A stretch of 64,000 nucleotides of DNA from Bacteroidales bacterium UBA7569 (GCA_002477945.1 DLLF01000033.1:45316-109315), one strand, 5' to 3'. Positions 39,200 through 48,269 are shown, numbered from the stretch's first letter. The notes: generated from the sequence alone by a model not told the origin. Translations and numbers: made by a program.

Positions 39200-41389
39200 T
39201 CAATTTGCATTGTTGCCTAAAATATCATACAATGCTTCCCCTCTTTGGATGAACACACGCCCGTTAACTAACCGTTTCATAGGCATATCATTGGTCTCCG
39301 CCTGGTCTATGGCGGTGGTATTCTTTACTAAGCATGACACAGGAATACGGATTGTGGCGGCACCTTTGGAATTCATTGTCATATAGGCTTCGTACACTCC
39401 CTCTGCGTCTTGCAGCAAAGCAATTGCGGCTACGCCTCCTTCGGCGGGCAATTCAATCGTTGTGGAGGGGTTTGTCGTAGTAGCAGTTGCCATGGCAAAA
39501 CTGTTTGGATTGGCTCCTCCCAATGTTATCTTGATTGGCTCTGTCAGGTTTTGTCCTGTTACCTTAAACTCTACTCCGCCCGCAACACTCGGTTTTGTTT
39601 GGAAAGCCACTTGAGAATGGTCGCAAGTGATTATGGGAAGGTTGGGATTTCCCCATGTAATGTCATCCACATAATAGGTCACAGCACCATTGGTGCCGCT
39701 CGGACCGACATAACGGAACGCCATATAGAAGACATCGGCTATATTGTCCGAACCTGCTAGATTGACGTGGATATCCACCCATTTGCCTTTCTCATCCGCA
39801 GTGGACGGAATGCCTGCTGCTATTTTCTCCTTATGAACATTCGCAGGATCTGTAGCGTCTATATAATAGAGTTCTAAAGCGGTAGTCATTCCGTCAAACA
39901 GATAATCCCCTCGCACACGGAAGGTAAAGACTTGGTTGGCGGCATTTTTGTAGTCCAGAGCAGGTGTTACAAGCCATATTTCCCATTCAGTGTCGTCTGT
40001 CTGTCCGCTGACAAAAGCCGTTGCTTTGGCGCAATCCATCTGTTCGCCATTGAGTTCATCAATACTCAACCATGGTTTTTTACCTTCCACCACCACATTC
40101 TGCCAATTCGCCAACTGTAGTTGCTCGTTATGTCCGGCGTTGTCAAAACGCTCTATCAGAACACGTTGAGGGCTTTTGTTGTCGAAAACAAACTCTGTGT
40201 TGAAGTCGTCTGGCTTCTCTTCTCCTGAGGTAGCCGTCCCGCGTAGGGCAATGCGTTGCGCTGTCCCGCCTTCAGTCTGATAATATACGGTAGCACTGTA
40301 TTCGCCCGCTGCGAGAGGATGGAATGTGATAACTGACCTGCCGTTCTGCACATTGGCAGGCATCAATGTGTTATTGATGGTGAATACACCTGGGGATTGG
40401 TTGTTCAATAGGGAGATCTCTATGTTTCCGGTACAGTTGATACCATTGACCAGTATGGTTTTCGTTATAGTTTCTCCCGCTGTACACTCGAATTCTTCAA
40501 GTGTTGTAGGGGTAATGGTTATTTCGGGCTTGAGTGTTGGATCACTCGCCGAGCCGGACACCGAAAGAGTCTGATTGAGCGTCGGCACTTCTGAAGACTC
40601 TATAATGAGCATGGCTCTGTGCTGTCCTGCCGCCGTAGGCGTATATGTCAGTTTGACCACCTCTTCTGCCGCCGACACCTGTTGCTTGTCTAATGAGAAC
40701 ATCGCACTGCCTGTCCCTGTCAGATAAACCGATACGGGTTGAGTGAGGTGGCCTTGACGGATAGTGATGTTCCCGACCGTTTTGGTTTCTCCTACTTTGG
40801 CGTCCGATTTAGGCAGTGTGGCAGGCGAAACGGTCAGCCATGGTTCTGTAGCCTCTGTGCGTTCCAAACGCCAATCGTCTAACAGAAGCAAGGTCTTTTT
40901 GGCGTATGCCATACTCACCACCAACTTGGTCGCACCGACAGGTTTCGAAGTCTTGATTGTCACTGTCTGCCAACCGTCTCCCTTGCTCAATGTTTGTGTC
41001 AGCACTTCTTCGTCGTGATTGAGTACTCCGTCCCTCGGGTGTTCCCATACGCAGTTGAGCCAAACGGGTTTCTCTGCTGTGTAACTGAGCAGTTTGTAAC
41101 GGAACGTGAGTTCAAAAATTTGCCCGTCTGCCTCATTGGTCATGCTCACTTCTTGGGTTATATTGCTTGCCGTATTGGCTTCTGTAAAGCGCAGAGCCTG
41201 CTCTCCTTCAAGGATATCTGTTGTCTCAATGGTTGTAATGGCTTTGCATTGCCATGAATCCCAATCATATCCGTAAAGGGCATTGGCCTTGGCAGACTCG
41301 AATCCTCCGTTGTCAAGCAGGTTGTCAGCCGCGGTAGCCGGTATGCACATTGCGCTGCAAAGGAGGAAGAATAATAGTACTTTCTTCAT
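39200..41389 (-). CDS. large secreted multidomain surface protein (CBM-like N-domain, Ig-like repeats, choice-of-anchor-J-like domain)
   Basis: 729 aa. Signal peptide MKKVLLFFLLCSAMCIPATA. N-terminus DNLLDNGGFE as in CBM4/9-type modules. Repeated Ig-like segments (..PVSVYLTGTGSAMFSL.., ..IEISLLNNQSPGVFTI..). A W/G-rich block ending YYVDDITWG. The function call is tentative. Confidence 0.5.
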   Translation of the reverse strand: MKKVLLFFLLCSAMCIPATAADNLLDNGGFESAKANALYGYDWDSWQCKAITTIETTDILEGEQALRFTEANTASNITQEVSMTNEADGQIFELTFRYKLLSYTAEKPVWLNCVWEHPRDGVLNHDEEVLTQTLSKGDGWQTVTIKTSKPVGATKLVVSMAYAKKTLLLLDDWRLERTEATEPWLTVSPATLPKSDAKVGETKTVGNITIRQGHLTQPVSVYLTGTGSAMFSLDKQQVSAAEEVVKLTYTPTAAGQHRAMLIIESSEVPTLNQTLSVSGSASDPTLKPEITITPTTLEEFECTAGETITKTILVNGINCTGNIEISLLNNQSPGVFTINNTLMPANVQNGRSVITFHPLAAGEYSATVYYQTEGGTAQRIALRGTATSGEEKPDDFNTEFVFDNKSPQRVLIERFDNAGHNEQLQLANWQNVVVEGKKPWLSIDELNGEQMDCAKATAFVSGQTDDTEWEIWLVTPALDYKNAANQVFTFRVRGDYLFDGMTTALELYYIDATDPANVHKEKIAAGIPSTADEKGKWVDIHVNLAGSDNIADVFYMAFRYVGPSGTNGAVTYYVDDITWGNPNLPIITCDHSQVAFQTKPSVAGGVEFKVTGQNLTEPIKITLGGANPNSFAMATATTTNPSTTIELPAEGGVAAIALLQDAEGVYEAYMTMNSKGAATIRIPVSCLVKNTTAIDQAETNDMPMKRLVNGRVFIQRGEALYDILGNNAN

Positions 41390-41432
41390 AACTGCTATAT
41401 GTAATATGTTATAGGTTTGCTGTAGTGATAAT

Positions 41433-41469
41433 ATACCCCAAGAGTATTGTTCCGATGCTCTTGGGGTAT
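41433..41469 (-). terminator. hairpin between the two tandem secreted-protein genes
   Basis: Perfect 12-bp stem ataccccaagag/ctcttggggtat with a 13-nt loop. The downstream T tract is weak. Confidence 0.45.
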
Positions 41470-41478
41470 GAGGATAAA

Positions 41479-43329
41479 TTAGCGAACCACCTTGTAGGTA
41501 GTCTTGCCTTGACGGACAATATTCACGCCGGGTTGAAGTGCAGAAACGCGAATACCCGATGGGGTATAGATTTCCATTTCATCTTCCGTCGTTGTATTCT
41601 CTATAGCCGTAGGAGGTCCCGCAATTTTCTCAATGTCTTTGTCTGTGCGGAGTTGCAGATAATAAGAACCGAAACTCGTATTCCATATACCCGTGATATT
41701 GGCTTTGACAGGTTTTGCTTCCCCTGCCAGGACTGCCGCATTCACTTTGATCGTCTCATCACCTTGGGCGCAATCGGTTTGTGTGCTTGCAAACTCTCCT
41801 GATTCAAAGGTCACGCCCTCTATCTTCAGCAAACGATAGAGATAGTTCGCCTTGTTGGCATTCAGTTCTGCCAAAGTTACAACGGTAGGAATAGTAGTAT
41901 ATCCCGAGCCTTCTATCTCAAAGTATGTCGCGTAGTAGGTGCCATAATCATAAACCGCTATCACATCCATAACTCTGTCTCCCATAACCAAGGGTATATT
42001 CACATCCCCTAAATACAAGTTGCGATCCAGCCGCATAGCCCCTGTCTCATCTTCTATATAAACAATGCCTGCTTTCGAAAATGTAACGATAGCCGTACCG
42101 GTGAACATAAGACCCTCTTCGTGAGTGGAAGTTTGCAAAGCCTCTTTCCAACTTGCTATGGTGGGATATGTCGGTGTCGGAGCGGTCACGGTCCATGCGT
42201 ATTTGATTTCTTTCTTGGTATCTCCTTGTGCAACGGTTATGGTAATTTGATTCTCGCCACTGGTTGCTGCGGTGTTCCGGATAATCACGGTATCACCTGT
42301 CTCCGACATCACTTTGTCTTTGTCTAAGGTAGCACCTTTGATGATTGTGATATTCTCATGTACACATGTCGTGGTGATGGCATCGTCACTCAGGTTCGCA
42401 CCTTTCACTACAAACGTATCCACGAATACTTCGTTCTGAACGTGATACTCTGAGGTGGCACTCGTCTTTTCTATCGACAAGGTCGCAACCGGCTTGGGGT
42501 CATCGCCTCCGCTTGTCTCAAAAAGGTCTGCCCACGCAGTTGCCACACGAATGGCATCAATCGTCATTGCTGCCATAGCCTTGGAAGCGGTAGTGCCTTG
42601 CCGCAGTTCAATGCCTTGCAAACCGTTCTTTGTGCTGGCATCGCCTTGGGAAACATCAGCAGAAATGGTGGCTGCAGGTTCTGCTGTAGCATCTGTTGTC
42701 GGGTTTACCCACAAGGTAACGACGTCATTCGTTGCTCCATCCACAAACTCATATTTGATAACCATAAGATAAGTCTCACCCACGTTCAGTTCCTCGGTTG
42801 TCTCGCTCGGGGCGGCATTGTTCTTACTGACACCAAACTTGAACTTGGTATCGTCTGAACCTGCCATTACAAAGGCTCGACCGTATTCTGTAGCATTTAC
42901 ACCATCAACCCAGCCTTTTGAGGTCTTCCCTGTGAACCCTGTAAAATAAGTATTGGCATTGGTGGCATTCGTTACTTTTACCAGCATGGCGGCATATATA
43001 GTACCCGATACAAATGCCTCCTCCGATGTTGCAAAAGCAATCTGCAAATCTTCACCTAGGTTCGTACCTTTCAACTCGACAGCCTTCCCTGCCGCCGTAT
43101 TCTGATAGCCGGTGTATGTCAAAGCCCTGTCAACCACTTGAATAGGGTCTTCCGAGTTCGTACCATATTTAATCCACCCCAAACCGGTCGGATCTATTGT
43201 CTTGCCTTGACCATATAGACCGCCTGCAGCATAGTCAAAGTTCTCTGTCAGTAGTGTAGTAGCCCGTGACGTGCAGGGCATCGATACCATGGCTGCAAGT
43301 AGCAGCCCGAGAAGTAATTTTTGTTTCAT
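41479..43329 (-). CDS. secreted protein with putative T9SS C-terminal sorting tail (function unknown)
   Basis: 616 aa. Signal peptide MKQKLLLGLLLAAMVSMPCTSRA. C-terminus ...EIYTPSGIRVSALQPGVNIVRQGKTTYKVVR resembles the last strands of a type-A CTD. Confidence 0.5.
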   Translation of the reverse strand: MKQKLLLGLLLAAMVSMPCTSRATTLLTENFDYAAGGLYGQGKTIDPTGLGWIKYGTNSEDPIQVVDRALTYTGYQNTAAGKAVELKGTNLGEDLQIAFATSEEAFVSGTIYAAMLVKVTNATNANTYFTGFTGKTSKGWVDGVNATEYGRAFVMAGSDDTKFKFGVSKNNAAPSETTEELNVGETYLMVIKYEFVDGATNDVVTLWVNPTTDATAEPAATISADVSQGDASTKNGLQGIELRQGTTASKAMAAMTIDAIRVATAWADLFETSGGDDPKPVATLSIEKTSATSEYHVQNEVFVDTFVVKGANLSDDAITTTCVHENITIIKGATLDKDKVMSETGDTVIIRNTAATSGENQITITVAQGDTKKEIKYAWTVTAPTPTYPTIASWKEALQTSTHEEGLMFTGTAIVTFSKAGIVYIEDETGAMRLDRNLYLGDVNIPLVMGDRVMDVIAVYDYGTYYATYFEIEGSGYTTIPTVVTLAELNANKANYLYRLLKIEGVTFESGEFASTQTDCAQGDETIKVNAAVLAGEAKPVKANITGIWNTSFGSYYLQLRTDKDIEKIAGPPTAIENTTTEDEMEIYTPSGIRVSALQPGVNIVRQGKTTYKVVR

Positions 43330-43576
43330 AGGTTAGTGTTTTTTATTGTTTGTACCTGCAGTATCTCACTGCATTAAACTGATGTCTGTGCAAAGGTGGT
43401 GAAAATAATCTATATGCACAAATTTTGCATGGCATATTTTCCAAGGCAACTGTATTAAGACGGATAGTACTCAGGGTAGTTTCCAGATGAAGCCTCAAAG
43501 AAAAAACTAAAATTCTTATGGTCATACTGCGGTTGCCTTGTGGTATATTCCTGTTCTGTACCGAGTCGCTTGATTT

Positions 43577-43631
43577 TACGAGACCTCAAGCACCCCTGAA
43601 GCACCCCTCAACGAGTCCTGAACCATAGTTT
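43577..43631 (+). repeat. 11-bp periodic array, copy 6
   Basis: Units: tacgagacctc|aagcacccctg|aagcacccctc|aacgagtcctg|aaccatagttt. Sits between two minus-strand genes. Confidence 0.88.
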
Positions 43632-43680
43632 GAACCGCAATAGGCAGATATATATGATAGTCTCCGTTCGCCTTTTGTAG

Positions 43681-43732
43681 AAGAAAAACAAGAAACCCTC
43701 CTCATTCCCTCTTCGGAATAAGATGGGTTTCT
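43681..43732 (-). terminator. probable aspA terminator
   Basis: Stem agaaaccc/gggtttct encloses an inner attcc/ggaat hairpin. The minus-strand reading is followed by tgtttttctt. Confidence 0.55.
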
Positions 43733-43813
43733 GCTTGTCTCTGCATATCCTTACGGCATATCCAATCTCACACATACAGCCTTTTTAGGAGGGCTGTGTG
43801 ATTTCTTTTCCTC

Positions 43814-45226
43814 TTATCGTTTGATTCCTAACTTTACGGGATGGATCATATTTTCAGGGGATAATATGGTATCCAACTCTTCTTTGGTCAGTACTCCGTG
43901 CTCCAGCACCAAGTCATATACTGATCGTCCCGTCTGCAAAGCCTCTTTCGCTATCTTGGTGGAGTTTTTGTAGCCGATCACGGGATTCAGGGCCGTAACG
44001 ATTCCGATGGAGTCTTTTACGTATTGTTGGCATCTTGCCTTGTTGGCTTCTATACCTTCAATGCAGTATTTGCGTAACACGTCAAACCCGTTCATCATCA
44101 GTTGTATGGATTCGAAGCAGCATTGTGCCATAACGGGTTCCATCGCATTAAGTTCCATTTGTGCCGCCTCGTTGGCTATCGTAACGCACGTATCATTGCC
44201 GATCACCTTGAATGCGATTTGTGTCATCACCTCCGGCATTACGGGGTTCACTTTCCCTGGCATGATCGAAGAACCCGGTTGGCGGGCAGGCAAGTCTATC
44301 TCATGCAATCCGCAGCGTGGACCGGAACCCAAAAGACGCAGGTCATTGCAGATCTTGCTTATTTTTGTGGCAAGGCGTTTCAGACAGGAGGAATAACCTA
44401 CCATGCATGATGTGTCCGAGGTGGCTGCCACTAAGTTGGCTGCTAATCGGACATCCCAACCGGTCACATCGTGAAGAGCCTTTATACACAACTCCGCATA
44501 CTCTGGCTCCGAACATATTCCCGTGCCTATGGCTGTTGCACCCATGTTTACGGTTAGAAACTCTTCTGCGGCTCTGTCCAATCGGACAATTTCCTCCTCT
44601 AATATCTGGGCAAAGGCTCCGAATGTCTGACCCAAAGTCATCGGCACTGCATCTTCCAATTGCGTCCGACCCATTTTCAAAATATCCGCAAAAGCCTTTT
44701 CCTTCGTTCTGAAAGCGGCAATAAGTTCCTGAAGATGTTTTTTGAACACCGAATGAGTGGCATATAAACCCAAATGAATGGCAGTAGGATAGGCATCATT
44801 GGTCGATTGCGAGCAGTTTACGTGATCGTTCGGCGAGCAGTATTGATACTCGCCCGCCTGGTGTCCCATAAGTTGCAAGGCTCTGTTGGCAATCACTTCA
44901 TTGGCATTCATGTTCGTGCTGGTGCCTGCACCGCCTTGTATCATATCCACGGGAAATTGGTCAAGATACTTTCCGTCCTCTATTTCCTGACACGCTTGCG
45001 CAATTGCTGCAAATTGTTCATCGGTGAGCAAACCTAATGTGTGGTTGGCTATGGCGGCAGCCTGCTTGGTCAGAGCCAAACCGCGGACAAAAGCAGGGAA
45101 ATCATAAAGATGATACTGACTGATGGGGAAGTTCTCAATGGCGCGCATCGTCTGTATGCCATATAGCACGTCTATAGGCAGTTGTTTTTCACCAAGGAGA
45201 TCCGACTCAATGCGATATTCTTGCAT
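43814..45226 (-). CDS. aspA: aspartate ammonia-lyase
   Basis: Start at ATG 45226 (MQEYRIESDLLGEKQLP). Fumarate-lyase signature GSSIMPGKVNP. The N-terminus YGIQTMRAIENFPIS favours aspartase over class II fumarase. Confidence 0.8.
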   Translation of the reverse strand: MQEYRIESDLLGEKQLPIDVLYGIQTMRAIENFPISQYHLYDFPAFVRGLALTKQAAAIANHTLGLLTDEQFAAIAQACQEIEDGKYLDQFPVDMIQGGAGTSTNMNANEVIANRALQLMGHQAGEYQYCSPNDHVNCSQSTNDAYPTAIHLGLYATHSVFKKHLQELIAAFRTKEKAFADILKMGRTQLEDAVPMTLGQTFGAFAQILEEEIVRLDRAAEEFLTVNMGATAIGTGICSEPEYAELCIKALHDVTGWDVRLAANLVAATSDTSCMVGYSSCLKRLATKISKICNDLRLLGSGPRCGLHEIDLPARQPGSSIMPGKVNPVMPEVMTQIAFKVIGNDTCVTIANEAAQMELNAMEPVMAQCCFESIQLMMNGFDVLRKYCIEGIEANKARCQQYVKDSIGIVTALNPVIGYKNSTKIAKEALQTGRSVYDLVLEHGVLTKEELDTILSPENMIHPVKLGIKR

Positions 45227-45303
45227 AATAACACGATTATGGATGGTTTCTGACCGCAAAGATACTTCTTTTATTCATAATGCCCAACAGACCTCCCTGT
45301 TAT

Positions 45304-45335
45304 TTTGGCAATCTGTCAGAAATGTACTACCTTTG
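45304..45335 (+). promoter_or_regulatory. -33 TTTG / -7 TACCTTTG promoter (ychF)
   Basis: TTTG at 45304-07 and TACCTTTG at 45328-35 with a 20-nt spacer. ATG at 45364. Confidence 0.55.
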
Positions 45336-45363
45336 CTCCTCGAAATAAAATACGATACGTAAT

Positions 45364-46467
45364 ATGTCATTGAGATGTGGTATAGTGGGGCTGCCTAATG
45401 TCGGCAAGTCAACTCTTTTCAATTGCCTGAGCAATGCAAAGGCGCAAGCCGCAAATTTTCCTTTCTGCACAATAGAACCTAATGTCGGTATGATTACCGT
45501 TCCCGATGAACGTCTGCAGCGTCTGGCGGAACTGTGCCATCCGGAGCGTGTCATACCAACCACAATTGAGATCGTCGATATAGCGGGTCTCGTGCAGGGG
45601 GCAAGCAGAGGAGAAGGTCTTGGAAACAAGTTCCTGGCTAACATTCGGGAAACCGATGCCATTCTGCATGTCCTCCGTTGTTTCGACGATGCCAACGTAG
45701 TGCATGTCGATGGTAGCGTTAATCCCATGCGCGACAAGGAAATTATTGACACCGAACTCCAACTTAAAGATTTGGAAACGGTTGAGAGCCGTATCCAAAA
45801 GACCGAGAAACAGGCAAAATCCGGTGGTGATAAGCAGGCTAAAATAGCCTTGGAGGTTCTTCTTCGCTATCAGGCTGCTCTCCGGGAGGGGAAAAATGCA
45901 CGTTCCGTGGCGTTGGAAACAAAAGAGGAAGAGGCTGTAGCGCGCGAGATGTTCCTGCTTACCAATAAGCCTGTATTGTATGTCTGCAATGTGGATGAAG
46001 GCTCTGCACTCACTGGAAATCAATATGTAGAGCAGGTTAAAGAAGCCGTTAAGGACGAACAGGCGGAATTGCTTGTCCTTGCGGCGAAGACGGAAAGCGA
46101 AATAGCGGAACTCGACACCTATGAAGAACGGCGGATGTTCCTCGAAGAAATAGGTTTGCAGGAGTCTGGCGTGAATCGTTTGATCAAGGCGGCTTATGCC
46201 TTGCTCGGACTGCGTACCTTCCTTACTGCCGGTAGCGATGAAGTCCGTGCCTGGACGTTCCGCGAAGGAAGCAAGGCTCCTCAGTGTGCCGGAGTCATTC
46301 ACACCGATTTCGAACGGGGCTTCATTCGTGCCGAGGTGATTAAGTATGATGATTTTGTCTCGCTTGGAAGTGAGGCGGCGTGCCGGGAGGCGGGGAAATT
46401 GTCCATCGAAGGCAAAGACTATGTCGTGCAGGATGGCGACATTATGCACTTCCGGTTCAATGTATGA
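45364..46467 (+). CDS. ychF: redox-regulated ATPase YchF
   Basis: 367 aa. G1 motif GIVGLPNVGKSTLFN, a coiled-coil insert and a C-terminal TGS-like domain (DGDIMHFRFNV). Confidence 0.93.
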   Translation: MSLRCGIVGLPNVGKSTLFNCLSNAKAQAANFPFCTIEPNVGMITVPDERLQRLAELCHPERVIPTTIEIVDIAGLVQGASRGEGLGNKFLANIRETDAILHVLRCFDDANVVHVDGSVNPMRDKEIIDTELQLKDLETVESRIQKTEKQAKSGGDKQAKIALEVLLRYQAALREGKNARSVALETKEEEAVAREMFLLTNKPVLYVCNVDEGSALTGNQYVEQVKEAVKDEQAELLVLAAKTESEIAELDTYEERRMFLEEIGLQESGVNRLIKAAYALLGLRTFLTAGSDEVRAWTFREGSKAPQCAGVIHTDFERGFIRAEVIKYDDFVSLGSEAACREAGKLSIEGKDYVVQDGDIMHFRFNV

Positions 46468-46489
46468 TAACTGACTAAAAAGGTATAAT

Positions 46490-47470
46490 ATGTTTGATGT
46501 TCTTTTCTCAAACCCATGGTTGTTGGCACTCTCCCTTGTTCTGGGTTTGGTCTTGCTTGTCAAGGGTGCCGATTGGTTGGTGGATGGTGCTTCCGCCATT
46601 GCCAAGCGTTTTCATATTTCTGATATCGTCATCGGTCTCACGGTTGTCGCATTTGGCACTTCCATGCCCGAGTTTGTGGTCAATATGGTGGCTGTTGCCA
46701 ATGGAACAACCGACCTTGCTATAACCAATATACTGGGAAGCAACATCATTAATGTCTTTGTCATTCTCGGAATATCTGCACTGATATGTCCTATCGCCAG
46801 TCAGAAACACTGCCGCGATTTCGATATCCCGATGAGTATTATTGCAGGTCTTCTTGTCCTTGCTTTCGCTACGGTGACTATGTCGGGGGAGGTCAAGGCT
46901 ATACAGCGCTGGGAAGGGGCGGTTCTGCTTATTTTCTTTATTATCTTCATGGTGTCCAATGTGCGCCATGCAAAGACGGATGTTCAGGAAACGGAATCGG
47001 AAAATGTAGTGGTAATGAATGTCTGGAAGGCCGTCCTTGGGGTCGTGGTAGGTTTGATATGTTTGGTGATAGGAGGAGAACTGATTGTGCGAAGTTCCGT
47101 TTCCATTGCTACACGCTTGGGAGTAAGCGAAGCGATTATTGGTCTTACCATTGTGGCTTTGGGAACCTCATTGCCCGAACTTGCTACATCGGTTGTTGCC
47201 GCTATGAAGAAGAATGTGGATATTGCCCTGGGTAATGTGATAGGTAGCAATATCTTCAATGTGTTCTTTATCCTCGGTACCAGTGCCGTAATTCGTCCTC
47301 TTCCTGCCTACAAAGGCTTGTCCGTGGACGCTCTTATGGCTGCTCTGGGCTGTGCTTTGGTCTGGCTGTTTATCAAGACAAACGCCAAACGGGAACTCAA
47401 ATGGTGGCATGGGGCTTGTCTTTTGCTTGTGTATGCGGGCTATCTGGCTTATCGGTTGATGACAATGTAG
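46490..47470 (+). CDS. calcium/sodium antiporter (CaCA / YrbG-like)
   Basis: 326 aa polytopic protein with two alpha-repeats, GTSMPEF and GTSLPEL. Confidence 0.85.
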   Translation: MFDVLFSNPWLLALSLVLGLVLLVKGADWLVDGASAIAKRFHISDIVIGLTVVAFGTSMPEFVVNMVAVANGTTDLAITNILGSNIINVFVILGISALICPIASQKHCRDFDIPMSIIAGLLVLAFATVTMSGEVKAIQRWEGAVLLIFFIIFMVSNVRHAKTDVQETESENVVVMNVWKAVLGVVVGLICLVIGGELIVRSSVSIATRLGVSEAIIGLTIVALGTSLPELATSVVAAMKKNVDIALGNVIGSNIFNVFFILGTSAVIRPLPAYKGLSVDALMAALGCALVWLFIKTNAKRELKWWHGACLLLVYAGYLAYRLMTM

Positions 47471-48266
47471 TACGGTTCACTTCCTTGCGCTCCCTGTCAA
47501 AGAACCACCCCCACTTGTTGAAGTAACGGCACATGTTCACGATGTGAATCCAAAGAAGGTTCATGCTGTGATATGAGCCTTTCTTATGCTTGTGTACAAT
47601 GGTTACTTCCGGATAGTACAGCGTCACATAGCGGTGGTGTATCCTGCGGGTCAGGTCAATATCCTCAGGGTACATGAAGTAACGCTCGTCAAATAACCCT
47701 GCCTTTTGTGCGGCTTCCGTACGCAATAACATAAAGCAACCGCTCAGGTAGGGTACATTCATAGGCGTGTTGTATCCGGAATCTCGCAACTCGTATCGGG
47801 CATTGCGTGTCTTTGTCCAACGCTGTGGAAGAAATCTCCTGCCGAATACATCCATAGGCGTAGGCAATAGTTTGCAGAGATATTGCAATTCTCCGTTGGG
47901 ATATACCACCTTGGGCATGAGTTGCCCTACGTCTGGTCGGTTCTCCATAAAGCGGCATAGTCGGTCTATATCTTCGGCTCTCACGGCAATGTCAGCATTC
48001 ATTACCAGGTGGTATCGTATGCCGTCATGCACACTTTCTCGCAACGCCATATTATGCCCGCGCCCGTATCCTGTATTCTTTCCGGGGAAAACATACTGCA
48101 CTCTTCCGTCTTTCCATCGTCCCCATACACTTTCTTCTGCTCTCTTTTCCGAGTTGTCCACAAGATACAGTTTGTTGAGGCACTGCACTTTGAGCAATTC
48201 CCCGACCAATGGTAGCACCTCATTCTCCCAATCCGGGTTATATAGCACGATGGAAACGTTCAGCAT
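47397..48266 (-). CDS. glycosyltransferase family 2 (rhamnosyltransferase-like)
   Basis: 289 aa. N-terminus VSIVLYNPD...LVDNSE plus KWGWFFD near the C-terminus. The last 74 nt overlap the convergent antiporter gene. Confidence 0.75.
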   Translation of the reverse strand: MLNVSIVLYNPDWENEVLPLVGELLKVQCLNKLYLVDNSEKRAEESVWGRWKDGRVQYVFPGKNTGYGRGHNMALRESVHDGIRYHLVMNADIAVRAEDIDRLCRFMENRPDVGQLMPKVVYPNGELQYLCKLLPTPMDVFGRRFLPQRWTKTRNARYELRDSGYNTPMNVPYLSGCFMLLRTEAAQKAGLFDERYFMYPEDIDLTRRIHHRYVTLYYPEVTIVHKHKKGSYHSMNLLWIHIVNMCRYFNKWGWFFDRERKEVNRTTLSSTDKPDSPHTQAKDKPHATI

Positions 48267-48269
48267 CTC

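Noticed and set aside
492-43631. The 11-mer arrays interpreted as a CRISPR array, as coding repeats, or as G-quadruplex elements on the minus strand
   Set aside because: There are no unique spacers between the units and no cas genes. The 11-nt period is incompatible with a reading frame. The complementary strand offers only two GGGG runs plus GG runs separated by long loops, so a stable G4 is unlikely.
45409-46605. 398-aa ORF on the minus strand spanning all of ychF
   Set aside because: It is antisense to a very strongly conserved gene (YchF G-motifs are intact on the + strand). Its product is low-complexity with no recognisable motifs, and it has no promoter box. This is a shadow ORF.
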